Source of the DNA: an uncultured Planctomycetota bacterium
GTDB lineage: Bacteria; Planctomycetota; Brocadiia; CAIUPP01
DNA length: 64,000 nucleotides
Direction: 5' to 3'
Assembly: GCA_903901045.1 (NCBI GenBank)
Contig: CAIUPP010000108.1
Span: 3,720 to 67,719 of the forward strand
Below, piece by piece: positions 33,978-43,451 of this stretch. Position numbers and translations under genes: made by a program. Within the stretch, counting starts at the first letter, position 1; every line of letters starts with the position of its first letter. The notes beneath the pieces were generated by a model. The model was not told the origin of the DNA. It saw only the letters and a program-made list of their open reading frames with translations, and ran no database searches.

Positions 33978-34020
33978 GTGGGGACACAAAACTTTCCTTC
34001 GGAAAGTATTGTGTCCCCAC
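33978..34020. repeat. REP-like palindrome, copy 4 (loop TTC; the GAAA/TTTC flanks extend the stem)
   Basis: Lies between convergent genes. Preceded by an A/T-rich GATTACTGA direct-repeat patch (33925-33970). Confidence 0.85.
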
Positions 34021-34026
34021 TTTCGT

Positions 34027-35058
34027 TTATTTCGCTCTTTGGGCGAGATAGAACTCCGCCATTTCGGAGCAGGTGGGGACCCAGAGCTTGCGCGCTTTCT
34101 GTAGTTCCGCCAGCCGGTCGAAGACTTTGAACATGAAGTCATCCACCGGGTCGCCGCTCCAGCGTTCGGAGCGCACGGTGAGGTTGATCGGGTGGCAGAG
34201 CAGCGTGAACACGGACTGGCTCTCCACGGTGGCGCGGATCCGCTCCTCCCAGACCGTGACCGCGCCCGCCGGGGTGCGCGGGGCGTGCAGGCCACGACTC
34301 TGCATGAAGGCGTTGACGCGCTCGACGAAGCTGGGGTTCTTGCCGTCGGCCACCCACATAGCCCAATCGTAGGTCTGACTGTCCAACGGGATTTCCACAA
34401 TGTCGCAGACTTTCCCCCCGATGACGGGGCGGAACGGCGCGGGGCCGAAGGCGCATTCGGGGTGGATGAAGTTGTCGATCTCCATATTGCTGGCCCATGC
34501 CAGGCCGAGGCGCTCCATGGCGCGGTAGCTGTGCTCGTTGAAATGGCCATAGGGGAGGCGCACACCGCGCACGGGAATGCCGGTGATCGCCTGAATCGCC
34601 TCCACGCCGCGCCCGAGGTCCTCCAGGTTCTCCTTCAAACCGTAATGGCCGTGGTAGGTGAAGCCGTCCGCCGCGCGGTTCATCTCATGATCGTACCCAT
34701 GGGTGGCCAGTTCCATCCCGGCCTGATGCAGGATGCGGACGAACTCCGGCCCCTTCTCTTCGGCCATCCGCCCCACCACGTTGAAGGTCGCCTTGAGCCC
34801 CAGGGCGGTGAGCCGCTCGGCCAGCCGGGAATAGTTGCGAATCTCCAGCGCCTCGCTGCCGGAGCCGTTGCCGTAGAACCCCTCCACGTCGTACGTCATC
34901 ATCACCGCGGCCCGCGCGCCGTTGGGGAACGTGGCCGGCAGCGGCAGAGGCTCGACCGCCTCCACGCCGACGGGCCTGCCGAAGAAGGAGGAGCCACCAC
35001 AGCAGCCGTTGCGCACGGTCGCCGTCGCCGTAATGTCCGAGGATGCATCACGCGCCAT
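34027..35058 (-). CDS. polysaccharide deacetylase (NodB homology domain)
   Basis: MMTYDVEG and ELATHGYDHE motifs. Confidence 0.8.
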   Translation of the reverse strand: MARDASSDITATATVRNGCCGGSSFFGRPVGVEAVEPLPLPATFPNGARAAVMMTYDVEGFYGNGSGSEALEIRNYSRLAERLTALGLKATFNVVGRMAEEKGPEFVRILHQAGMELATHGYDHEMNRAADGFTYHGHYGLKENLEDLGRGVEAIQAITGIPVRGVRLPYGHFNEHSYRAMERLGLAWASNMEIDNFIHPECAFGPAPFRPVIGGKVCDIVEIPLDSQTYDWAMWVADGKNPSFVERVNAFMQSRGLHAPRTPAGAVTVWEERIRATVESQSVFTLLCHPINLTVRSERWSGDPVDDFMFKVFDRLAELQKARKLWVPTCSEMAEFYLAQRAK

Positions 35059-35241
35059 CGTTTCCCTTCCTCTGTGGAAAGCCCCGTCCTCAAGGGTAGG
35101 TTAACATGACGCGCGCGACGCGGTCAACTTGAGGCAACGCCCCCGCCGACGCCTCAGTTGCACCGAGTTCGGCGCTTGCTTTTCATATGTCCCTGCGACG
35201 ATAATCGCCGCGTCATCCGGACATTCATGAGGAGAGAAGGT

Positions 35242-36372
35242 ATGGGCAAGCCGAAGAAGGTTCTGATCATCTCGGTCAAGGCAGGCGCGGGGCACCTGCG
35301 CGCCGCCGAGGCGCTGGAAAGCACGCTGCTCAATTCCTTCCCGCAGGTGCACGTCCAGAACATCAACGCGCTCGAATACGCGAACGCCGCCTATGCCCGC
35401 AATTACAGCAGCACCTACGAGAAACTCGCCACCAATCTGCCGTCGGTCTGGAAGTTCATCTACGAGCAATTCGAGAAGAAGAGCGTGGACAGCAAGACGA
35501 AGAAGCTGGCGGCGATGTTCGACCGACTCCAGACGCGGCCGCTGGTGGATTATGTGAAGCGCTATGACCCGGACGCAATTCTCTGCACGCACTATCTGCC
35601 GGCGGAGATCTTCGGGCCGCGCCGCCTGGCGGGGAAGTTGCGCGCGAGCCTGAGCGTGGTGCTGACCGACTACGACGTCCACACGATGTGGATCACCCCC
35701 GGGGTGGACCAGTATTTCGTGGCGACGGAGGAGGTGGCGTACGCGCTGCGCGCGAAGGGGGTCGGCGACGCCGCGGTGAGCGCCACCGGGATTCCGCTGA
35801 TGCCGGTATTCTCCAAGCGCTACCCCTCCCAGCAGGCGATGCGCCGCCATCTGGGGCTGAACCCGGAACCCCGCACGGTGCTGATCGCGGCGGGAGGCTT
35901 CGGCCTGTCGCACCTGGACCAGACCGTCCGCACGATCGCCGAGCAGGTCAAGGGGGCGCAACTGCTGGCGCTCGCGGGACGCAATGAGAAGCTGCTCAAG
36001 GGGCTGCAGGCGGTGGCGAAGGACCATCCCAACGTGACCCCCTTCGGCTTCATGAACAACATGCATGAATTGATGGCCGCCAGCGACCTGATGGTTTCCA
36101 AGAGCGGCGGACTGACCAGCAGCGAGTGCCTGGCGATGGGTCTGCCGATGGTGATCTTCAATCCGATCCCGGGGCAGGAGGAACGCAACAGCGATTATCT
36201 GCTGGAGAGCGGCGTGGCCATGCGCGCCAACTCCCCCGCACACCTGGTCTACAAGGTGGTGCGGCTGCTGGAGGAGCCGGCGCTGCTGGCGCGAATGGCG
36301 GAGGCGGCGCGCGCCATCGCGCGGCCGCGCGCAGCGCATGAGATCGTGACGAAGGTGCTGGGGAAGATGTGA
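35242..36372 (+). CDS. MGDG-synthase/UgtP-like diacylglycerol glycosyltransferase (GT28)
   Basis: KVLIISVKAGAGHLRAAEAL at the N-terminus, a C-terminal GT-B pattern, and an SD before ATG 35242. Confidence 0.8.
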   Translation: MGKPKKVLIISVKAGAGHLRAAEALESTLLNSFPQVHVQNINALEYANAAYARNYSSTYEKLATNLPSVWKFIYEQFEKKSVDSKTKKLAAMFDRLQTRPLVDYVKRYDPDAILCTHYLPAEIFGPRRLAGKLRASLSVVLTDYDVHTMWITPGVDQYFVATEEVAYALRAKGVGDAAVSATGIPLMPVFSKRYPSQQAMRRHLGLNPEPRTVLIAAGGFGLSHLDQTVRTIAEQVKGAQLLALAGRNEKLLKGLQAVAKDHPNVTPFGFMNNMHELMAASDLMVSKSGGLTSSECLAMGLPMVIFNPIPGQEERNSDYLLESGVAMRANSPAHLVYKVVRLLEEPALLARMAEAARAIARPRAAHEIVTKVLGKM

Positions 36373-36508
36373 GGCGGCGGGCAGCGGCGGGACCGGGCCG
36401 GCGCAGGCGCTGGGTTCAGCCCGTGCAATGCATGGCCCGCTTAATCCCGAGCCAGGGCGCAGCATGCTGCGCCCCTACATTGGACGATGGCGTCGCGTTT
36501 GCGTCTTC

Positions 36509-37408
36509 TCATCCGCAGGTGATAAGCCGCAGCGTGGAAGGAAGTATCTCCACCTCCGCCGGAGCCCAGCCGCCCGCGTCCCCGTCCACCTGCAAGGGGA
36601 CGGTGTCCAGCGAGGTGATGCGGACTCGTCGCGCGCGCCCGTGGCGCACGTCGGGCCGCGCGAGGCACCGCCCCATCCGCACCGCCATGAAGTAGCTCAC
36701 AAGCCGCCACAGCCCGGGCCGTTCCAGCACCAGCCAGTCCAGCATCCCGTCATCGGGCCGGGCGTCCGGGAGGAAGTTCAGCCCCATGGCATACCGCGGG
36801 GTATTGAAGACGAAGACATGCACCCCCTCCCAACTCTGCCCATCCGCCTCCAGACGAACGCGCGGATAATGGTAGCGGAGGAGCGTGTTCAGGACGGGGC
36901 CGACGAAGGCGATGCGCCCGCCGCGTCCGACGCAGACGCCGTGCTTCCGGCGCGCCTGCGTCGCGCGGTGCGCCACTTCGGAATCGAAGCCCGCGCTGAC
37001 CATCAGGCTGAAGCGACGCCCGTTCACCGCTCCCAGGTCGATGGTTTGGCAATCGCAGCGCGTCACCGCCCGCACAAGGCGGTCCATGTCGTGCGTGAAG
37101 CCGAATTCCTTGGCGAAGAGGTTCTCCGTCCCCAGCGGCGCCACCGCCAGCGGAAGCGCCGGCTGCTCATTCAGCACGTCGCCGACCGTGCCGTCGCCGC
37201 CGGCGACGATGATGCAGCGATACTCGCGGGCCAGGCCGGCCCGCCCCAGCAGTTCCTTCCGCTCCGCCTGGTCCCAGATGACGCGCGGCTCCAGCCCCCC
37301 CGCCACCAGGGCGGCGGAAAGCCGCTCCACGAGCCGACGATTTCCCCTCTGGCCGCTGAACGGATTGGCCGCGACGATCACGCTTTTCGACTCGTTCGGT
37401 CCGGACAC
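36509..37408 (-). CDS. diacylglycerol-kinase-family lipid kinase (YegS/BmrU-like)
   Basis: IIVAGGDGTVGDVLN motif. Confidence 0.85.
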   Translation of the reverse strand: MSGPNESKSVIVAANPFSGQRGNRRLVERLSAALVAGGLEPRVIWDQAERKELLGRAGLAREYRCIIVAGGDGTVGDVLNEQPALPLAVAPLGTENLFAKEFGFTHDMDRLVRAVTRCDCQTIDLGAVNGRRFSLMVSAGFDSEVAHRATQARRKHGVCVGRGGRIAFVGPVLNTLLRYHYPRVRLEADGQSWEGVHVFVFNTPRYAMGLNFLPDARPDDGMLDWLVLERPGLWRLVSYFMAVRMGRCLARPDVRHGRARRVRITSLDTVPLQVDGDAGGWAPAEVEILPSTLRLITCG

Positions 37409-37603
37409 GCGATGGCTCCCGCAAGGGCAGATTCAACCCGGTGCGCCAGTGTAATCGAGCGCGGACGGTTACGCAACAACCCGGGGCCGCCTCGCCGGCT
37501 GGCAGGTCAAGTTGCCGACATTTCATACGACGGGTTACAATATGGCCGAACGAGTTTCGAGGATGAATCCGCCAATCAATATGGATCATGGGAGGGTCAC
37601 CAA

Positions 37604-38950
37604 ATGAGTTCAGCCCTGCAAGCCGGTTTCGCCCGCCGCGTCATCAACCCGCCGAAAGGAATTTCGCTGGTGGGTTATTTCAACCCGCGCCCGAATCAGG
37701 GAGTGATGGACGATATCTGCGTGAAGGCGCTCCTGCTGACGCAGGGGAAGGAGGTCGCCGGGATCATCAGTTACGACCTGGCGCTCCTTTCGGACGTGCT
37801 CCTCAAGCGCATCCGCGAGGATCTGCGCAAGGCCGGCTTTGCCTTTGCCGATCGCATTCCCCTGTGCGCAACGCACACGCACACGGGGCCGGAGGTTGGG
37901 GGCATCTTCGACGGGGCCGCACTCGGCGATGAGAAGTACCTGAAGTTCGTCACGAGCCAGACCGTTGAGGCGGTGAAGGAAGCGCTGGCGCAGATGGCGC
38001 CGGCCGAACTGCGCTGCGGCGCAGCGAACGACAACCCGCTCGCCTTCAACCGCCGGTACTGGATGAAGGATGGCACGGTGGTGACGAACCCCGGCAAGGG
38101 AAACCCCCAGGTGGTCAAGCCCGAAGGCCCCGTTGACCGGGAGGTGTCGCTCCTGGCGATTGACCGCGAGGGCAAGCCGCTGTGCATCGTGGCGAATATC
38201 TGCAACCATACCGATACGACCAGCGGCGACCTGGTCTCCGCCGACTGGCCCGGCCACTTCGAGCGCGCCATCCAGGAGAAGCTCGGGGGAGCGGTTTCCG
38301 TGATAACCCTCATTGCGCCGGCGGGGAACATCAATCACGTTGACATCCACAACCTGGAGCAGCCCGTTTACGGCGTGGCGGAGTCCAAGCAGATAGGGCG
38401 CGGCTACGCGGAGATTCTCCTGCGCGTGCTGGCGCAAGCAAAGCCGATGGGGCCGGTGCCCATGAAACTGGCCGTCCGGCAAGTCAGTATCGGCAGGCGC
38501 ATCTTCACTCCCGAGCAATTGGAGAAAGCGCGCCGCACGCTGGCCGCGGCGGCGGAAGATGCCCAGGGAGGCAATTTGACTTCGGAGGATATCGCCCGGG
38601 GCAGCGGAGAAGTTGCGCGCTTTTTCGCGCAGCAGCTTCTGAACTACGACGCGCATGCGCCCAAGGGCGGGCGCTCCTTCGACCTGGCGGCGCTGATGTT
38701 CGGAAAGGAAGCGGCGATTGTGTTTCTCCCGGGCGAGCCGTTCACCGAAATCGGCCTGAGCATCAAGAAGGCCTCACCCTTCCGGCGGACGCTGGTCGCC
38801 ACGCTTGCCAACGGCGAATGCGGTTACGTGCCGCTCAAGGAATGCTTCAGCCGCGGCGGTTACGAAATCCTGCCGGTCGTCGGGGGCGGTCCCAGGGAGG
38901 ATACGGCGGAGTTGCTGATCGCGGAAGCCGGGAAGCTTCTGACCGCCTGA
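37604..38950 (+). CDS. neutral/alkaline-ceramidase-like hydrolase family protein
   Basis: GGGAGG SD. GFARRVINPPKGISLVGY...CATHTHTGPE. Paralogous in pattern to 54996-56378. Confidence 0.6.
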   Translation: MSSALQAGFARRVINPPKGISLVGYFNPRPNQGVMDDICVKALLLTQGKEVAGIISYDLALLSDVLLKRIREDLRKAGFAFADRIPLCATHTHTGPEVGGIFDGAALGDEKYLKFVTSQTVEAVKEALAQMAPAELRCGAANDNPLAFNRRYWMKDGTVVTNPGKGNPQVVKPEGPVDREVSLLAIDREGKPLCIVANICNHTDTTSGDLVSADWPGHFERAIQEKLGGAVSVITLIAPAGNINHVDIHNLEQPVYGVAESKQIGRGYAEILLRVLAQAKPMGPVPMKLAVRQVSIGRRIFTPEQLEKARRTLAAAAEDAQGGNLTSEDIARGSGEVARFFAQQLLNYDAHAPKGGRSFDLAALMFGKEAAIVFLPGEPFTEIGLSIKKASPFRRTLVATLANGECGYVPLKECFSRGGYEILPVVGGGPREDTAELLIAEAGKLLTA

Positions 38951-39014
38951 GAATCTCGTCGGCCGCCACGCCGTGCGCCTCGGGCGCAAGTTGTAACACC
39001 CCGCTCCATGGGGG

Positions 39015-39057
39015 ACAGAAAAGGCCCTGCATCACAATCTGATGCAGGGCCTTCTGT
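39015..39057. terminator. strong hairpin (14-bp perfect stem AAGGCCCTGCATCA / TGATGCAGGGCCTT, loop CAATC)
   Basis: Read directly. Lies between the 38950 stop and the tRNA fragment. The T-tract is weak. Confidence 0.5.
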
Positions 39058-39063
39058 TAACAA

Positions 39064-39120
39064 TGGTGCCCGAGACTGGATTTGAACCAGCATGGGTTTG
39101 ACCCCACCAGGCCCTCAAAA
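39064..39120 (-). pseudogene. 3' fragment of a type II tRNA (T-arm, acceptor 3' strand, ACCA); possible att remnant
   Basis: The reverse complement of 39064-39091 is GCTGGTTCAAATCCAGTCTCGGGCACCA. No complementary 5' acceptor strand (GCCCGAG) lies within 200 nt. Confidence 0.5.
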
Positions 39121-39588
39121 CACAAGTCAATTCCAGACACAACCAACGTTGCTGTTGGAACTTACGGTACGACAATGCCCTTACGTCAATTCCCTGAAGT
39201 TGTACTCATTTGTAATAAAGCGTTACAAAAGGCAGTCATTCGCACTTCCATGTGCCGCTAACGTGCCGCGCCCCAGAGCCATTTCTGGTCGTCTACTTGT
39301 GGAACTTGGGGGCGCTCTTTTTACCTACCGCGCAAGACCACAAAGAACTAAGTACGCTGCGTTGCGACCTCTGCACGCCGACTAGTACCGCCTCCGGCGT
39401 TGATCGCCACTTCGTTGCGGATTTCTAGGCACAACCCACTCGGTAGAATCGCGCGCAGAACGAGAACGGCCGTCGAACTTTCTTGAATCGGCGGATACCC
39501 ACTGCGACGCTCGTTGTGAACAAAGGAAGTCGGCCATCTGCGACATATCGAAGAAGACCACGGCAGAGGGACAGAAAGGGAAACCGCT

Positions 39589-40593
39589 ATGACACGTGTG
39601 GTAAGTCACGAGATTCGGTTGGCCTCCCGCCCCAATGGGCTTCCAACCGCAGCCAACTTTGCGCTGGCTCGGACCGAACTAGAGCCATTGCAGGACCACG
39701 AGGTGATGGTTCGCAACCTCTTTATGTCGGTGGACCCATACATGCGTGGTCGCATGAACGACGGGAAGTCGTATGTCCCGCCGTTCGAGTTGGGCAGACC
39801 GCTCGACGGCGGCGCCGTCGGCGAGGTCATCGAGTCGCGCGCCAAGTCATTCAAGCCGGGCGATGCCGTCACTTCCAACTTTGGCTGGCGGGAATACTTC
39901 ATTGCCTCGCCGAAAGAACTCCACCCGGTCAGCCGTGAGGTCCAGCCGCTTTCGGTCTATCTTGGCGCCCTCGGCATGACGGGCATGACCGCTTGGGTCG
40001 GGTTGAATGTGGCGGAGGTCAAAGCCGGCGACGTCGTTTATATTTCGGGAGCCGCCGGCGCCGTGGGCAATGTGGCCGGGCAACTCGCAAAACTGCGCGG
40101 GTGCCGTGTCATAGGGTCAACCGGATCAATGCAGAAGGTCTTGTTTCTGCGAGAAGAATGTGGATTTGATGTCGCCTTCAATTACAAGGGTGGCCCGGTA
40201 CTCCAACAACTGAATGTGGCGGCGCCGGACGGGATCGATGTCTATTTCGACAACGTGGGAGGCGAAGCGCTCGAAGCGGCGCTCTCGGCTTTGCGGGCGC
40301 ATGGTCGGATCATCGCTTGCGGCGGCATCTCAGGTTACAACGAGAAGACGCCGCGACCCGGCCCCTCTAATCTATTCAACATGATCACCAAGCGGCTGAC
40401 GATGAAAGGAATGCTCGTTCGCGATTGGCTGGACCACCAGGAAAAGTTTGAACAGGAAGTGGGCGGCTATTTCCGAGCTGGGAAACTGAAGAACAAGGAA
40501 ACGGTAGAGGAAGGGATCGACAAAGCGGTTGACGCTTTTCTCGGTCTCTTCCAAGGGAAGAATGTGGGCAAGATGGTTGTGAAATTGACTTGA
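39589..40593 (+). CDS. NADP-dependent oxidoreductase (medium-chain, YncB/CurA-like)
   Basis: LFMSVDPYMRGRM and AAGAVGNVAGQLAKLRGCRVIG. Confidence 0.85.
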   Translation: MTRVVSHEIRLASRPNGLPTAANFALARTELEPLQDHEVMVRNLFMSVDPYMRGRMNDGKSYVPPFELGRPLDGGAVGEVIESRAKSFKPGDAVTSNFGWREYFIASPKELHPVSREVQPLSVYLGALGMTGMTAWVGLNVAEVKAGDVVYISGAAGAVGNVAGQLAKLRGCRVIGSTGSMQKVLFLREECGFDVAFNYKGGPVLQQLNVAAPDGIDVYFDNVGGEALEAALSALRAHGRIIACGGISGYNEKTPRPGPSNLFNMITKRLTMKGMLVRDWLDHQEKFEQEVGGYFRAGKLKNKETVEEGIDKAVDAFLGLFQGKNVGKMVVKLT

Positions 40594-40901
40594 ATCCCGC
40601 GGGCGACCAGAGAGGATGTTCGTTATGCAAGCATGGTGGCTTCGCAATTCATGATGGCGGCATCATTCGACAACCGCACGTCACCATTGGAAAGGGATAG
40701 AGCCATGGCCTACCAAAGCGTCACCCCGTGCGACGGAAGAATCCCGAAAACGTTCAAGGAAGTTGCCGGGCGCGGTATCCGGAAGAGCTGGAACGGATGA
40801 CTGGTCGTTGAACGACAGGAACGCAATCTCTGGTTGCATGGAGAACACGATCCGACCACCACCGGACAGGCAGTCTGAACGATGTCAGAGAGGAGAGTGA
40901 A

Positions 40902-41459
40902 ATGAAGGCATCGAACATATTCGCAGTGGCGTCCTCTCTGATTCTTGCCGGATGTACAGGCATTCCATCTGGCGTTCAGGTCGTGGAAAGATTCGACATC
41001 CAGCGCTATCAGGGGACGTGGTACGAGGTCGCCCGATTGGACCATAGCTTCGAAAGGGGCCTTACCAGCGTATCTGCGACATACACGCCGAGAGATGATG
41101 GCGGCATCGCCGTACATAACCGGGGCTATGACCCGAAGAGCGGTCGTTGGAAGGAAGTCGAGGGCCGGGCCTATTTCGTGGAAGAGCCGACTAAAGGCCA
41201 CCTGAAGGTGACGTTCTTCTGGCCCTTCTACGGAGCCTACAACGTGATCGCCTTGGACCGTGAGGCTTATTCCTGCGCAATGGTCTGCGGTCCAAGCAAG
41301 TCTTACCTCTGGATCCTTGCGCGGGAGAAGACACTTCCAGCGCCCGTCCTGGATGGCCTGATCTCAGAGGCTCTGCGGTTTGGGTTCCAGACCGATGGCC
41401 TGATCTTCGTTACACAGGATGCCGGCGCCATTCCTCCCAACAGTGACGGACAGCGTTGA
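40902..41459 (+). CDS. blc: bacterial lipocalin lipoprotein
   Basis: Lipobox LILAGC. RYQGTWYEVARLDHSFERG, YLWILAR. Confidence 0.9.
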   Translation: MKASNIFAVASSLILAGCTGIPSGVQVVERFDIQRYQGTWYEVARLDHSFERGLTSVSATYTPRDDGGIAVHNRGYDPKSGRWKEVEGRAYFVEEPTKGHLKVTFFWPFYGAYNVIALDREAYSCAMVCGPSKSYLWILAREKTLPAPVLDGLISEALRFGFQTDGLIFVTQDAGAIPPNSDGQR

Positions 41460-41917
41460 ATTCCGCCGCTGACCATGATGAAGAAGCCGACCCGTAGTTT
41501 CACCGCGCAATGCCTGTGGAACTTGCCCGTCACTGGTTTGGGCCTCTTTTTTTTGCTGGCCCCTCCGGCCGTCGAAGCTCCCAGACACTTCGCCCCATGT
41601 GGACTTCACGTTCCACGCGTCAATCTCTGGCTGCGTCAGTGCCAGTTGCGCGCGCCTCAGCATCTGACTTGGGCATCTTCAACATGTTCACCGCCCCTGC
41701 GGTGTCCACCAGTTCGAGGTGCTGGTAGAGTCCCCCACCTGTCCTGCCCGATTGAGTACGGCGACTCAATTAGCGCCACATCGGACCTGGCGGTCGCGGG
41801 GGCAAGTCCCGCCCGAGTCTTTCCATCATTGCATGCTATCACGCAAGCTCCTCCCGTGCCTCGCGAGGAGCGTTCCGATGCCCGTGGCAAACCGCTCTTC
41901 GGCGAATCGCCGATGGA

Positions 41918-43081
41918 TCACGTGCGGTCCATCAGATACTCCTTGAGCGCCGCGCACAACGGGCCGAGGAGAATCAGGAAACCATAGAGGGCCGGCAAGG
42001 TCGGCAGAAAGACGGCGTCGGCAACTGCGGGGGTCGAAACGCGACCGCCCGTACGGAGCCGATGGTCCATGATGAGCGCGCCATAGAACAAGACTGGCAC
42101 GACGGCCAGCCACGGCAGTTCGCACAGGACTGTCACGCTGACCAGCACCACCCCCTCCGCGAACAACAGGGCGCTGCGCTTGCGAAATATAACTGCGCAG
42201 ACCGAGAGGAAGAGAAGGGCAACGCCCAGTCCCACGGTGAGTTCATCCAGTTCCAGTTCGAACGATCCGCAGAAGAAAGCGACCGCAATCGTCGACAAGC
42301 AGACAACTATGCGGATCGCCGGGTGGCGCACGGCGGCAGGCAGGATGAGTTGGCCGCGTTTGAGATGCTGCCGGAACTCCAGGGACAAGCCATACAAGAG
42401 AACCAACCCGGACAAGGCCAGGATGTGAACGTGATAGGCGTCTGAGAGGAACCGGCCGCCATCCGACCACAGTCGGCCCCAGACAAAGAACACCAGCGGG
42501 TATGCGAGCAGTCTGAAGGCGCGAGGCACTTCCATGCCTTCGGCAATGTTATGATTCTTCCACGAGAACCCTTCGCCGTTGGGCGGGAGGGGGCGGCGGA
42601 AAGGAATGAGCCGGGGAATGTGTTTCATGTAGTCGCGATACGCGTCTCCGAAGATGCCAATAAGGTGCTGTTCCTCCCCGCGCATGACCGGGATGTAGAC
42701 CGCCAGCCACCAGAAGGGCAATACCAGCATCAGCAGCCACCACCCCGACATCACGGCAATGGCGAAGTCTATGAGTGCGTTGCCCAGGTAGAATGGGTGA
42801 CGGACATAACGGTAGGGGCCGATCACCGCCACGACCCGATTTTGCATCAGGCAACCTTTTGCCCAGAAATGGATTGCCGTGCCGAGCAGAATCAGAGGCA
42901 GGGAGAGAAGTATCGACAGGGCCGTCATGTTCCCCTTCAGCAGCCCCACGACAGCCGGCGGGGCGCTATTGAAGAAGGCAAGGTGGGAAATGGCTCCGTT
43001 GATCAAGACAATCAGCGCGAGGTAGAAGCGAAGGCCGCCGCGATCAATGGGTGACTTGGGCATAGTCTTCGAACCTGCCAA
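41918..43081 (-). CDS. polytopic membrane protein with isoprenylcysteine carboxyl / phospholipid methyltransferase-like domain
   Basis: GPYRYVRHPFYLGNAL motif with multiple TM segments. Confidence 0.7.
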   Translation of the reverse strand: MAGSKTMPKSPIDRGGLRFYLALIVLINGAISHLAFFNSAPPAVVGLLKGNMTALSILLSLPLILLGTAIHFWAKGCLMQNRVVAVIGPYRYVRHPFYLGNALIDFAIAVMSGWWLLMLVLPFWWLAVYIPVMRGEEQHLIGIFGDAYRDYMKHIPRLIPFRRPLPPNGEGFSWKNHNIAEGMEVPRAFRLLAYPLVFFVWGRLWSDGGRFLSDAYHVHILALSGLVLLYGLSLEFRQHLKRGQLILPAAVRHPAIRIVVCLSTIAVAFFCGSFELELDELTVGLGVALLFLSVCAVIFRKRSALLFAEGVVLVSVTVLCELPWLAVVPVLFYGALIMDHRLRTGGRVSTPAVADAVFLPTLPALYGFLILLGPLCAALKEYLMDRT

Positions 43082-43451
43082 TAACCATGAGACTGGTTGC
43101 GGTCACAATGCGGACATGCACAAATGAAAGTGTGAACGGTTTCAGAATGAGGACTCAAACCGCATCACTGAAGCTTCCCGGTGTTCATCCCAGCGTCATT
43201 GCTGACGGCATGTCGTGGCGGTCATCTCCAGAACATCCCCTTTCGTCTTGGCGCTGATGACGCCACGGTCCGTCAAACGAGGTTATTAGCATAGCACGTG
43301 AACCTTAAGGCAACCTTAATTCCAGGTTGTACCGGTGCGGGGAATCCGTAGCGCAAGAAATGGCTTCGGAAGGATCGAGAAGCGCGAGTGGGTGGACAGA
43401 GGGCGACGTGATTGGCTCAGAACCTCAGAGGGTAGGAACTGCCGCGGCCTC

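Noticed and set aside
35101-36465. 454-aa minus-strand ORF opposite the glycosyltransferase
   Set aside because: Arg/His/Gln-rich shadow ORF. The plus frame has MGDG-synthase-like motifs and a proper SD.
36428-37603. N-terminal 390-aa extension of the ceramidase-like ORF (840-aa ORF in the track)
   Set aside because: The extension is antisense to the well-supported lipid kinase gene and is low-complexity. A GGGAGG-ATG start at 37604 fits the family N-terminus.
39064-39140. Intact tRNA gene
   Set aside because: Only the T-arm and 3' acceptor strand (and perhaps a variable arm) can be folded. There is no 5' acceptor strand, D-arm or anticodon stem, so it is called a fragment.
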